A stretch of DNA of 64,000 nt, taken from an uncultured Hormoscilla sp. Lineage in GTDB: Bacteria; Cyanobacteriota; Cyanobacteriia; Cyanobacteriales; Desertifilaceae. The position numbers were made by a program, and so were the translations under genes. The notes under the pieces were generated by a model. That model did not search any database. It was given only the letters and a program-made list of their open reading frames with translations, and was not told where the DNA came from. The stretch covers positions 2,912,001 to 2,976,000 of the forward strand of contig OZ001293.3 in assembly GCA_963921275.4 (NCBI GenBank). Direction: 5' to 3'. This document shows positions 21,735 through 32,289 of the stretch, piece after piece (position 1 is the stretch's first letter; each line of letters opens with the position of its first letter).

Positions 21735-21943
21735 TTTCTGGAAATACTCGTGCAGTTCTTGCACCTTGAGTAGATCGAGTATGTGGTGCGCTACTGAGGT
21801 TTGTCACTACAAACCTCAGAAAAATCGGTCACCCAATCTTGCTGTAGCAACAGGTCTGCTAAATAGAGATAGGTATGTGCTAACAGTTCTAGTGTAAGAT
21901 TGCTGCTGTTGCAGGGATAGCACCTCCTGATGGCAAAACGTTG

Positions 21944-21964
21944 GTAGGGTGGGCAATGCCCACC
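21944..21964. repeat. GTAG-type REP-like palindrome GTAGGGTGGGCAATGCCCACC
   Basis: Related copies near 6892, 12311/12338, 24504 and 38699. Confidence 0.65.
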
Positions 21965-22058
21965 TTGTCAATTGTGGGTTGTTGGTTGTCAGTTGCTATC
22001 GCTGATAAAGACTAAAGTCCTTACTACGAACCTCTGATCTATAGGCCCAGTCCCATTC

Positions 22059-22277
22059 TTAAGCCTGAGTAACCAGACTACCCAGCCAGCATCGGCTAGC
22101 CGGTTCTAGCAGACCGTCATCAGCTAACACCTCAGCTATTAACTGTTCTAAGGAACGTCCTTGAGAACGGGATACCTTGATCACCCCCGCGATCGCCGTT
22201 GCGACCAGTTCTTCATCCACCTGCTTTTTTTTGAGGGCGACAATTTCTTGAGCATTGGTGGGAATTTCATAATTCAT
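22059..22277 (-). CDS. small conserved cyanobacterial hypothetical protein (possibly with a premature stop)
   Basis: VDEELVATAIAGVI...R.QG.SLE.L.AEVLADD. Confidence 0.6.
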   Translation of the reverse strand: MNYEIPTNAQEIVALKKKQVDEELVATAIAGVIKVSRSQGRSLEQLIAEVLADDGLLEPASRCWLGSLVTQA

Positions 22278-22509
22278 GGCTATTAATCGATTTTTTTAAA
22301 ACATCTGCCAGAAATAGTTTGGCAATCTCAAATCTAAAATTTCAAATCGTCAATTCTTATCAAAAAATTTTTCACTCCCTAGCACTACGCGCACTTCGTC
22401 TCACAAAATGATATGTTTGTAAAGTTTCTTAACATGATTTTCATCTGGGATTCTGTATGATAGCGTAAGTTGTACCTTTGTCAACTCGGTTTCAAACAAT
22501 TTTCAGCCA

Positions 22510-24507
22510 ATGAACGAATTACTTTATCTGGAAGTTCCCACGCCCGATCGGGCGGCGGTAACGGCCTGGTTACAGCAGAAATACGATCCAGGCATGGGGG
22601 CCAAGCAGGTGGCTGCCGATGGCATCAGGCTGGAATTTGGTCAAAATGGTTCCCAACCCACAGCAGAACTCTCGATATTTGTCTGGTCGGTGCAGCGAAC
22701 GACATACTTAAAGGTATTTCGTTGGTCAGACAGACCTTTCAAGCAGGAAAAACAGTTAATTGCCAAACTCCGTGCCGATCTCAGAGATAAGTTTCCCTAT
22801 CAATATCCCGAACCGCCAGCGATTAACCTTCAAGAGCAAACTATCTTTGAGGCCCTGATTGGCCAGTACCCCATGACAGTCAAGTACTTTCAGAAAATGC
22901 CCAGGGGCGATTATCATCTCCAGCGGGTATATTGGTGGGAGCAACGTTGGCGTCAAAGCGTCTGCAACCCCCATAAACCTCAACAAGTAGTTTTTCCCCA
23001 GCAGCAAACAGCACCCAAAACAGAGTACGACCTGATATATATTGGGGGTGCATTAGGGGCGATCCATGCAGCAAGAATGGCCCGGTTGGGTTATCGGGTG
23101 CTGCTGATCGAACGCTTACCCTTCGGACGGATGAACCGAGAGTGGAATATTTCCCGGGATGAGTTTCAAAGAATAATTGACCTGGGTTTGTTTACTCCAC
23201 AGGAGTTTGAGGAGATCATTGCCCGGGAGTATATTGATGGATTTAATAAATTCTTTGATGGTAACAACCCCAGCCACTTAAGAGCAAAAGTTTTACATAC
23301 CCCAAGGGTGCTGAATGTGGCCTTAGACTCGGAGAAATTTTTGGACCTCTGCGGACAAAAGCTGCGGGACGCGGGGGGAGTTATCTGGGATGAAACTGAG
23401 TTTATCCGGGCAGATGTATCTAAAGATAATGTCCTAGTTCGCCTGCAACATCTACCCACAGGGGAACAACGTCAAGCAACAGGACGCCTGCTAGTGGATG
23501 CCATGGGTACCGCTTCCCCGATCGCCTGGCAGCTGAACGGCGGGCGTACCTTCGATAGTGTTTGTCCTACCGTCGGAGGGGCGATCGCCAGTGGTTTTGA
23601 ATCGGGAGTCTGGGATTCTGATTACGGGGACGTACTCAATTCTCATGGAGACATTTCCCGGGGACGACAGTTAATTTGGGAATTATTTCCCGGCGCCGGA
23701 GAGGAACTGACGATTTATTTGTTCCATTACCATCAGGTCCATCCTGATAATCCCGGATCTCTATTAGAAATGTATGAAGATTTCTTTACAATTCTCCCCG
23801 AATATCGTCGCTGCGATATGGACAAGCTAGTCTGGAGAAAGCCCACCTTCGGCTATATTCCCGGTCACTTTTCCGTCGGCAGTCACGATCGCGCGATCGC
23901 CTGCGATCGGATCCTCGCCATTGGCGACGCCGCCTCACTCCAGTCACCCCTAGTCTTCACCGGTTTTGGCTCCCTCGTCAGGAATCTGCCCCGTCTGACT
24001 GTACTTTTAGATACAGCCCTTAAGCATGACCTCTTGTCAGCCCAACATTTAAATCAAATCCGGGCTTACCAAAGCAACGTCGCCGTCACCTGGCTATATT
24101 CCAAAGGCATGATGGTGCCTACAGGTCGCCACTTGCCCCCGGAACGGATCAATTCCATGCTGAATACCTTCTTTGGCCTGCTAGCAGAGGAACCGCCAGA
24201 AGTAGCAGACACCTTCATTAAAGACCGTACAGACTGGCTGACCTTTAATCGACTGGCCCTGAAAGCAGCTTTCACGAACCCGGCCCTGTTACTGTGGATT
24301 TGGGAAATGGCTGGTGCCAAGGATATGCTGCGTTGGTTAGGCAGCTACTTCAGCTTCACCCTCAGCGCCTCAGTCAACTTGTTGCTGGGGGGCTGGTTTC
24401 CTAGCTTCACCCGCTGGTGTCAGCCTTGGTTAGAACGGAAGTATCCCGCCCTGTGGCTGCGAATGCTGACTGTCAGCTACGGACTTACTACTGTAATGAA
24501 ACAGTAG
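22510..24507 (+). CDS. cruA: FAD-dependent oxidoreductase, CruA-type lycopene cyclase
   Basis: N-terminal LYLEVPTPD...WSVQRTTYLK domain, DLIYIGGALG, MNREWNISR, IGDAASLQSPLVFTGFG; length 665 aa. Confidence 0.75.
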   Translation: MNELLYLEVPTPDRAAVTAWLQQKYDPGMGAKQVAADGIRLEFGQNGSQPTAELSIFVWSVQRTTYLKVFRWSDRPFKQEKQLIAKLRADLRDKFPYQYPEPPAINLQEQTIFEALIGQYPMTVKYFQKMPRGDYHLQRVYWWEQRWRQSVCNPHKPQQVVFPQQQTAPKTEYDLIYIGGALGAIHAARMARLGYRVLLIERLPFGRMNREWNISRDEFQRIIDLGLFTPQEFEEIIAREYIDGFNKFFDGNNPSHLRAKVLHTPRVLNVALDSEKFLDLCGQKLRDAGGVIWDETEFIRADVSKDNVLVRLQHLPTGEQRQATGRLLVDAMGTASPIAWQLNGGRTFDSVCPTVGGAIASGFESGVWDSDYGDVLNSHGDISRGRQLIWELFPGAGEELTIYLFHYHQVHPDNPGSLLEMYEDFFTILPEYRRCDMDKLVWRKPTFGYIPGHFSVGSHDRAIACDRILAIGDAASLQSPLVFTGFGSLVRNLPRLTVLLDTALKHDLLSAQHLNQIRAYQSNVAVTWLYSKGMMVPTGRHLPPERINSMLNTFFGLLAEEPPEVADTFIKDRTDWLTFNRLALKAAFTNPALLLWIWEMAGAKDMLRWLGSYFSFTLSASVNLLLGGWFPSFTRWCQPWLERKYPALWLRMLTVSYGLTTVMKQ

Positions 24508-24825
24508 GGTGGGCACCGCCTACCATCGGCCATGGGACTGTGGAAAATGCACGGCTGCGCCCCACAATCACTCACGGGAGCGGCAGCCATGCGGCGTCTT
24601 CCGCGTACTCTTGTCCTGACCGCGCTAGCGTGGCGCCAGCCATAGGACATCGTTTGCGTCCGCGCAGCGTGCGCGCAGCGCATAGACGCTTCGCGGACGG
24701 TACGCGAGAGACACCGTAGCGCCATCAGGAGTCGCGGTAACAAGAATTATCCCTCGTTCCCTCGTTCCTAGGGTCTCCCTGGGAACGAGCAGTCCTCGCA
24801 AGCACTCTTGGTGCTTACTACGAGC

Positions 24826-27739
24826 TTAGAACACTTCCAGATCGAAAGGGACGAAACTTCCATTCAACTCGTCTGGTGCCACCCGGTTAACCATGCCTAA
24901 AATCAGATTGGAGTCGGCAATTGTGATCATAGTATTGGTGCCCAATGATTCTAGAATTATATCATCTGAAGTTAATCCACCCGTTAGCCCGATCGCATCT
25001 TCTGCCACCTGAAAGTCCACGAGGACATCAACTTGCGATCTGTTAACCACTGCTGCCTCAGGGGACAGGACGAAAATATCACTGCCCGGACCGCCCAGGA
25101 GAATATCTTGACCAGATCCGCCATTGATAGTATCGTCTCCTGCACCGCCCTGGATGAAGTCATTTCCTCGACCTCCAAGGAGTTCGTCATCGCCCATACC
25201 GCCAGTCAGGCTGTCGGCACCGGGACCAGCAAAGATAATATCATCCCCTGACATGCTATCGATCGTATCGTCCCCGCCAAAGGAGATAATTAGATCGTTC
25301 TCAGGGGTGCCCATCAGCATATCGTCCCCTGGGTTCCCTCGGATCAGATTTACAAACTCCGGTGGCGGTTTTACATCACCACCGGAAATGAAGAATTGGG
25401 CCTCTTCCCAAACCGCCTCGCCCACGTTGCGCCCGAGGATTAATCCCTCTTCGTTCCCAGCAAAATTATGAATCCCACCATAGAGGCAAGAGATCCCCGA
25501 CGATGTTGCTGCATCGGAAAAGGTATCCCAACTCAGAGTCACCGGTTCGGCGGGCGTGATTCCCGGTTCAAACAAAGACTCTCCAGCAGGTGCCGTCACC
25601 GAAGCCCCAAATTGATCGCTACCTGTAAACCGCTGGAGAACTTCCGCCGCAGCGCTGCTGAAGGCACTGTGTCCCGATACATATTCAGCCAAGGGAGGAG
25701 TGGGACTTTCCAAGCGCTGGTAAGGGATAAATTCCGATCCATCTAGTTCGACAGTGCCCTGTCCCGGACCGCCCCAAGCTTCGATAGTTTGACCGCCAAA
25801 CAGAGCCTCGATCGCCGTGATCGGACGCACGTAATCATAGAATACTTTTGCTTCCCAGGCCACAATCCCCGCATCCATGACAGCGTTACCCAACATGAAG
25901 AACATCTTGGCGTCTTCATCCAGGGTGTTATCGTCCCGTTCGGAAACGAACTGGCCAAAACCCATCCAGGTACCGGGAGGAAAGGATGATCCCGGTCCAT
26001 CTTCCCAGAACTCCGCAACAATTTTGCGCTCGTCGTTGAGGTTGGCGCTGATCTCGATAACTTCCTCATGCAGCGTCAGGAACTCCTCGCTGCCAAACTC
26101 CGGCGGTGCTGGGGGTCGGAATTGGTCCCCTGATTCTAGTCCAAAGGGAATCACTTCGCCCCACTGAGGGGTGAGGAACTGTTGGACTGTGCCATCTGGG
26201 TCGCGCAAAGGTTGCAGCAGGGGTTGCCAGCGGTTCGGATCGACGATCTCCTCTCCCTGGGGAGGATTTACTGGCTCGTAACCCGTATAGTCGGAGTAGG
26301 GCAGACCATCATTTGGATGGGGTCGAGCCGGGAATCGCTTCCCGACCCTCCCTTGAGGAACCGGACTTGCGATTTTCACCGCATCCGGCTACTGGGTACT
26401 AGGCCCTTTTCATAGGTAGACTTAATAGGAATTACTTCCGTTAGCCCTTGCCGCCTGTCTTTTCTTCCCTTTCCTGGTTTAGCGAGTGGTTGTTCTGATA
26501 ACCGTTAGTATCACCATTTTCAAGTCAGTTTTACCAGTTATCCATACCTTATCCTCCACTTGCGTTTCGGATTAGTTCCGTGGCTTTTTAGGATTACTCA
26601 TTCCAGCAGCTTCCTAGTATCACCGACCCACGTCAGCACTGGCTACCCAGCATCATCTACATTACTGTAGATGTTATCCCAGGAATTACCCCGGGCATTC
26701 GCTTCTTGGGCCATCCCTCCCCCCGTGGCTTGCGCTTAACATCTAACTTGTCCTGATGGACAGCACACGAGAGGTTACTTCGTTCCCTAACAACATTTCG
26801 CGATACCTTTAGGTCCACACTATACCCCGGGAGCTATTTGAGTACTATATTAGCCAGAGTCTAAAACTAATACTAGCTACCATTTCCTTTTTAGGCCAGC
26901 GCATATAGCCTTATTTCGCTGGTTCCTTATAACGAGGCTTGCACATGTTTGCCTGCTCTAACCTTGGATATCTTTCCTAGCGGCGTCACCGGCTTAGGCT
27001 GCCAGTTATCCTACATTTGAGTCCTCGCTTAGCACCACGATGATGTCGCTTCGTAGCACCGAGGACCGGTGTCACCCCCGTACCTGGGGGGAGGGGAATT
27101 TAACCCCCATGCGGTCAGAGTTCCCGGCTAATGAAACCGGGCTAGCGTTCCGTGTTTGACCACGTTAGGCTAGAACGAATCGCACAGATCCCCTAACTGG
27201 TTGGAACCGTCGTTGCGGCGAAAGTCGAGTAATGCCTGGGCCGAGACATTGCCAATGCCTGCGGGGGTAGAGTTGTTGTCTGGGTCTAGGCCCAGTTGTT
27301 CCATGAGGCTATCGAACAAATCTACCTCTGTGGGAAACAGGTCTTCCAGCACCCGATAGGCCGCATAACTCATGGCCTCGGTTTTGTTTTCCAGGGTATT
27401 TTCCTCGGCGGGCCGTTGCAGGTCGTCACCCAACTGGGTGCCGATGGCCTCTGGGTCGTATGCTGCCCAGGCATCGAAGATCGCCGTATGCACCATCCCG
27501 TAGGCGCGGGAGGCGATCGTCGGTCCTACACCTAAATTGCGGACTGCTTGCTGTGCCGCCTCATCCCACAAAACCGAGGGCGTTATCTCTTCGGTCGCAT
27601 CAGTCAGGGTCCTGTCGGGGTTGAGCCAAAAAATCCCTATGGGTTCCCCGTCCACTTCGCCGAAGGAGACGGGACTGATACCAACACCGTTTATCCATCC
27701 TAGGCCGTCATTGGTGAGTTCTATTTCGATCGGATCCAT
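24826..27739 (-). pseudogene. vanadium-dependent haloperoxidase with C-terminal RTX Ca-binding repeats, interrupted by a group II intron
   Basis: 5' part GPTIASRAYGMVHTAIFDAW..DGSNQLGD; 3' part PYSDYTGY, AEFWEDGPG, DYVRP, EYVSGHS, SCLYGGIH and GGxGxD repeats. Confidence 0.85.
26317..27185 (-). ncRNA. ORF-less group II intron (869 nt)
   Basis: 5' GTGCG; domain V AGCCGGATGCGGTGAAAATCGCAAGTCCGGTT (26358-26391); domain VI hairpin with bulged A, ending CCCCAT; no RT ORF. Confidence 0.9.
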
Positions 27740-27800
27740 AATTTTCTGCTTGCGAATTTTTCATTGAGAATTGTTAATTGCCATTAGGGTAGTTTGGCCG

Positions 27801-28859
27801 TTAGCCATTACCTCCAATGGTCAATATGCGGCGAATTTCATCAGTTTTGAAGCCGATCGCCATTGGCCGACGCACCCCTGGCAAGATTGCCACGTCATAC
27901 AATTCCTCTACTACACCTTCTATCCGCAACCAATGTACGATATCCCCTGTGCGCAGGTCAATAACTAACAGTCCGCAGCGGGGTTCGGCATCTCTAGTGG
28001 AGAGGTTTTCATCTAAAGGCAGGCTCGAAAATGTCTTGTTATTTCTCGGTTTAGATATGCCCACCACTGCAAAGTTACGGCTAAAGGCACAGCCCCGCAA
28101 GTATCCCGGACAGAATGTCACCGCTTCAAAGGTTAAACTCTTCAGGTCTGCATAACCAAAGAAACCCGTACCCGAGTTTAACAGCCACAGTTTCTTCTGA
28201 TGCCAGCGGGGCGAGTGGGGCATGGAAAGCCCGGTAACGATCGCCTCATTGCTGCTGACATCTATGACGCATCCCCCGGAAACCCTGCGATCGCGCCACC
28301 CATCAGCTACATCACTTTGACTGACAGCAGTAACGTATTTTGCCTGACCATTTTGCATAGCTAAGCCATTCAGGTGACATCTATCTTCAGCAGCAAGTCG
28401 GGAAATAAAAGGTGGTTGCCAGAGGGGAATAAAACTATGCTCTTCACTTACGGTCGCCAGACAGCCAAATAATGTATTGACAAATATAATCTTTCCTGTT
28501 TTATCTACAGCCACATCATGAACATCCAAGTCCCCAGTAATGTAACCGACTTGGGGCACGAGCAAGCAGTCATAACCATTATGAACCTGTCCGGGTTGCA
28601 GTGCATTTTGAAATCGCCACAGTTGATACAGTACGCTCATGTAAAGCCTGGAACTATCTGCTCACAAGCCCATACATCGCTCGAAAGTGCGTTCAAATAC
28701 TGATAGTCGCCCGTCTGGTTGCAAACCGATCAGAAACAGTTTACCTGCTTGATAGGTGGTGAAGGCCAGACTGATGTTTTGCTCCCCTAACCAGGCGGTA
28801 AACTGGCGGGAACAGTTAATTTCTAGGGATGGAATTGAGGTTGGTTGTGGTTGTGTCAC
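27801..28859 (-). pseudogene. TIGR03032/DUF4915 family protein with an in-frame TGA (28662-28664)
   Basis: SLAFTTYQAGKLF, RCMGL*ADSSRLYMS, EDRCHLNG, GLSMPHSPR. Confidence 0.88.
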
Positions 28860-28987
28860 TTCAGTTGGTTTGCGTTCTACTAAGGATTATTATAACACAA
28901 ATGTGCGCGGATTCGCTGTTAGCCCGCTGGGGATTCTCAACTTTGAACGGTATATTGTATAATGGAGATGTCGTTGTTTCTGAATGC

Positions 28988-29275
28988 ATGACTATTGCAT
29001 GCGCTGCGCGCACGCTGCACGATCGAGTCGGCGAACAATATCAAATCACGATTCCCGATCACGCAGCGCGGCGCAGCCGTGGATGTGCGAGAATGGGGCT
29101 AAAAACAGGTGATTCCCTGGATGTGAAAGTCATCGATGGGGCTCTGGTTATGGTACCGTTTTCGGTAAAACCCCTAAGTCATACGGAGCGAATTTTTGGA
29201 AAGCATCGTGGGTTGTGGTCTGGAGAGGATGCAGTGGCTTATATTCGTAAAGAACGGGAATCATGGCGAGACTAG
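28988..29275 (+). CDS. AbrB/MazE-type antitoxin carrying two small repeat insertions
   Basis: RVGEQYQITIP...GLKTGDSL...YIRKERESW. Confidence 0.7.
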   Translation: MTIACAARTLHDRVGEQYQITIPDHAARRSRGCARMGLKTGDSLDVKVIDGALVMVPFSVKPLSHTERIFGKHRGLWSGEDAVAYIRKERESWRD

Positions 29276-29637
29276 AAGAACTCGAAGTGATAGAATTGCC
29301 TTGGATAGCTTCATCTTTATTTACGGTTTTTAAGGTAACCCACAATTTGGAGAACGAGCTAAAAAGATTTTTTCCCAAGATTGAGCAGGGACAATGTCTT
29401 GGCTTCCCTTGCGATCTTGTTCTGGCTGAATTGATAGTCAAACCATTGCGAGAAGGACGATTGGAGATTGCCGTTCGCGCAGCGCGGCGCAGCCGTAGGA
29501 TACGCTCGCGATTTGACAAGTTTTCCGAACTTGAACTTTGTCTGCCTAACCCAGGCAATTGTTATTGCTGCCGCCGGTTTAAGAGGAAGATGCTTCTTTG
29601 CATCTTCCTGATGTCGGTTTGGATATTTGGATGTTGA
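29263..29637 (+). pseudogene. VapC-like PIN toxin, degenerate
   Basis: LVLAELIVKPLREG motif; overlaps the antitoxin stop; N-terminal acidic motif degraded; repeat insertion at ~29477. Confidence 0.6.
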
Positions 29638-29870
29638 CAGATATTGAAGACTAAAATCAACTCAGAGATTTGATGCGAAAATATGTCGGATCAGAAACCA
29701 GGTTTATTCGAGAAATATGGTTTATAAATCTGCGGTTGATTTATCCAGAATATGAGTGCGATCGCCATTATCGCGTCTCAATCCTATATTTTTCTAGGTA
29801 ACAATTTTATCAGATAACAAACTGATAAAATTCAGATTTTAATCTCGAGCATAAAAAGATATCAAAATCC

Positions 29871-29900
29871 TTGACAATTACAATTTAAACTATCTATATT
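29871..29900 (+). promoter_or_regulatory. sigma70-type promoter candidate
   Basis: TTGACA-N18-TATATT. Confidence 0.45.
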
Positions 29901-29906
29901 TAAAAT

Positions 29907-30153
29907 GGCAATTCTAAAAATGAGAAAACTCCAATGCCCGAGACAAAACGATCAAATAACCGCCCCCATTCGGGGGCTGCTCCTAACTGAAAATCGCCGG
30001 TTGATTGCTGGCCGGAGATCGGGTATTGGAGACTCTTTTTTCTAACCGGTTGGCTAAGCGGTCAAAAAATTATGGCGCACAGAGATCCAGGCGATCGGGT
30101 TGGATATTTGCTGATTTAAAAAGCCCGGTTTCTCCTGCGAAACCGGGCTTTTT
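29907..30153 (+). ncRNA. candidate structured small RNA (or decayed small ORF)
   Basis: 13-bp stem 29929-29941/30019-30031, promoter upstream, hairpin plus U-run at 30118-30153. Confidence 0.3.
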
Positions 30154-30734
30154 CCTATGGAACTTCGATATAGTATAAGGTAACCCATAATTGGGCGATC
30201 GCCCTAAAAAGATCTACTGATTCACGAGCACTCTGCGCCCGCGAGACCAGCTAAGAAAGCCAGTTTTTTGTCAAAACTGGCTTTCTGGGGTACTGGGGAG
30301 ATACCCTCAATACTTCTCGGTTAAGCAATAAATTCGGAGTGGGGAGTGGCTTACAGGGGTATGTTTTTTAGATTTCGGTCAATACTTCAAGGTTTTGCAT
30401 TTTATTTGTCATTGCGAGGGGGGGGAGGTTGATTGTCACTACCCTTTGGCCCAGATCCCATCCAGTTTGTAACTTGAGGTAATTTTCTGCGAAAAAGTTG
30501 AGCTTTGGACCGATACCTCTGTAGAAGGAGCTCACGGGGTCTTGTTGGAACCGGTTGCTTCCCTGAGGTTGAGTTCAAATATTTCGTGGAGATTTTCTAT
30601 GTCAGGCAAATACGTGAAAAAGCTGGCGATCGGAGCGGACTGGAACCGGAAGTTGAAGATGGGTGCAGCTCATTTGTAGTTGCATTAGTAGAGCAATTTT
30701 AGACTCTGGTCGGTATTTGTGCCTACCGGCTTAT

Positions 30735-32207
30735 TCATCGGGGAAAAGTTGGCAAGTCAATTGCGGCCAGGGACTTAATCTTCTTGTGGGGACGGAGGGG
30801 ATAAACTAGAGGAGAGGGGGACTTTGTAGAGGAAAGCAGGGACAACGTCTCGGCATCCACCGTGCCGGAAAAATCGGAACCCCCCTCTGAGGCTTGCTCT
30901 TCGCTTTGGTGGCTTTCTTGCTGCTCAAAGATAGATGCAACGTCGGAAAGTGAGTCCTCTGGAGTTTGCTCATTCCCTATGCTTGAAGAGTTATCTACTG
31001 CTGCTACTGTCTCATCAGTCAAGTCCTCACCAACTTCAGAATACTCATCCTCTAATTGTTCCGAGACCGAAGCCATTACCGATAACTCATTTTCAGGGGA
31101 AGCGAGTTCCTCTGAGACTGCGGACTCTGATACCCCAAGGGTTTCTCTGGGTCGATCCTGCTGTGAGACGGGGGCGCGAACGCTGCGCGAAAAATCGACA
31201 GTAGGAGTATCGGCAGATATCTGCCAGTAGTCAGGCTCACCCCAAGCCTGCCCAGGTACTGCATCCGACTCTTCTGGATCGAGATATAATTCAAGTTCTG
31301 CTAATTCAGATGCTGCTGACCAGGGTTGAATTGCTGGCGCTTTCGGGACAACTCCCTGTACGATCGCTCTGGTATCTGTTTCCTGTTGAGTGCTCCGACC
31401 CACCGTTCCGGAAAAATTAGCCGGTTGTTCCGGACCCGTCATCTCCAGGCATTTGTCCAGGGCATTTTTGAATTGCAGGGTGTAGCGTTGCTGCCGGTAC
31501 AGACGCGATCGCAAATCCCGGCAAATCGTTTCCGCTTGGGAAAGCTTAGTTGTCTGTTCCTCGTAGCGTTGCTGAGTAAGAGCACAATCTCGTTCCAACT
31601 GGGCCACTTGTTGTTGGTTAGTTTCCAACTGCCCGCGGAGTGTTTCTATGAGAATTTGTTGGCGAACCGTTCCGGAAAAATCGGAAGTTTGCTGGCCAAG
31701 TTCCTTTTCCTGCTGCACCTGAGAGTGCTGTTTTTTCAAGCTATGCAGTTCTGCGGACTGCTCGGAGAGTTTGGCCTCTTGAGCTTGACAATGCTCCTGA
31801 TATAGCTGCAATTGCCTTTGAGCAACTGCCAGTTCTGATTCTAACTGCATTACCCGATCGATCAAATCCGTGTTTGACTCTACCCGTACTTCTGCCGATG
31901 TCTGGTCGGTGTCTCCGGAGTAGTGCGAGTAGCGCTCTCCGGAGACACCGAAGATGTCTACCGTTCCGGAAAAATCGGGGTTTTCGCGCACATCGCGCAG
32001 CGGCGCGACGATAGGAGCGCTGCGCAGCCGCTGCGCAGCCGCTAGCGTCCCGAAGACATCGAAAGGGTCTGGAGGTTGCAAGTCTTGTACTGTCGCCTCG
32101 ATGGTTGACTCTAAGCTATTGGTGGCTCCGGGAATGTCATCTAATGGTCGATTTTCAACTAGTTCTTCTGTTGGCAGGTTATTTGGGGTGTCAGCCGGTG
32201 TACTCAT
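30735..32207 (-). CDS. coiled-coil hypothetical protein carrying many small in-frame insertions
   Basis: RQQILIETL..LERDCAL..CRDLRSRLYRQQRYTLQFK; C-terminal SPSPLVYP..P.KK.KSLAAIDLPTF. Confidence 0.8.
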   Translation of the reverse strand: MSTPADTPNNLPTEELVENRPLDDIPGATNSLESTIEATVQDLQPPDPFDVFGTLAAAQRLRSAPIVAPLRDVRENPDFSGTVDIFGVSGERYSHYSGDTDQTSAEVRVESNTDLIDRVMQLESELAVAQRQLQLYQEHCQAQEAKLSEQSAELHSLKKQHSQVQQEKELGQQTSDFSGTVRQQILIETLRGQLETNQQQVAQLERDCALTQQRYEEQTTKLSQAETICRDLRSRLYRQQRYTLQFKNALDKCLEMTGPEQPANFSGTVGRSTQQETDTRAIVQGVVPKAPAIQPWSAASELAELELYLDPEESDAVPGQAWGEPDYWQISADTPTVDFSRSVRAPVSQQDRPRETLGVSESAVSEELASPENELSVMASVSEQLEDEYSEVGEDLTDETVAAVDNSSSIGNEQTPEDSLSDVASIFEQQESHQSEEQASEGGSDFSGTVDAETLSLLSSTKSPSPLVYPLRPHKKIKSLAAIDLPTFPR

Positions 32208-32289
32208 AATTTTTCGGACTATTAAAGGATCTCAAGAATGGATTGCGGGGCTGCTGCCGACACCCCAAATTAATACCAATAGTATGATT

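Noticed and set aside
26317..26379. ORF-track start MKIASPVPQGR... for the haloperoxidase
   Set aside because: This is translated intron domain V/VI, not a real N-terminus
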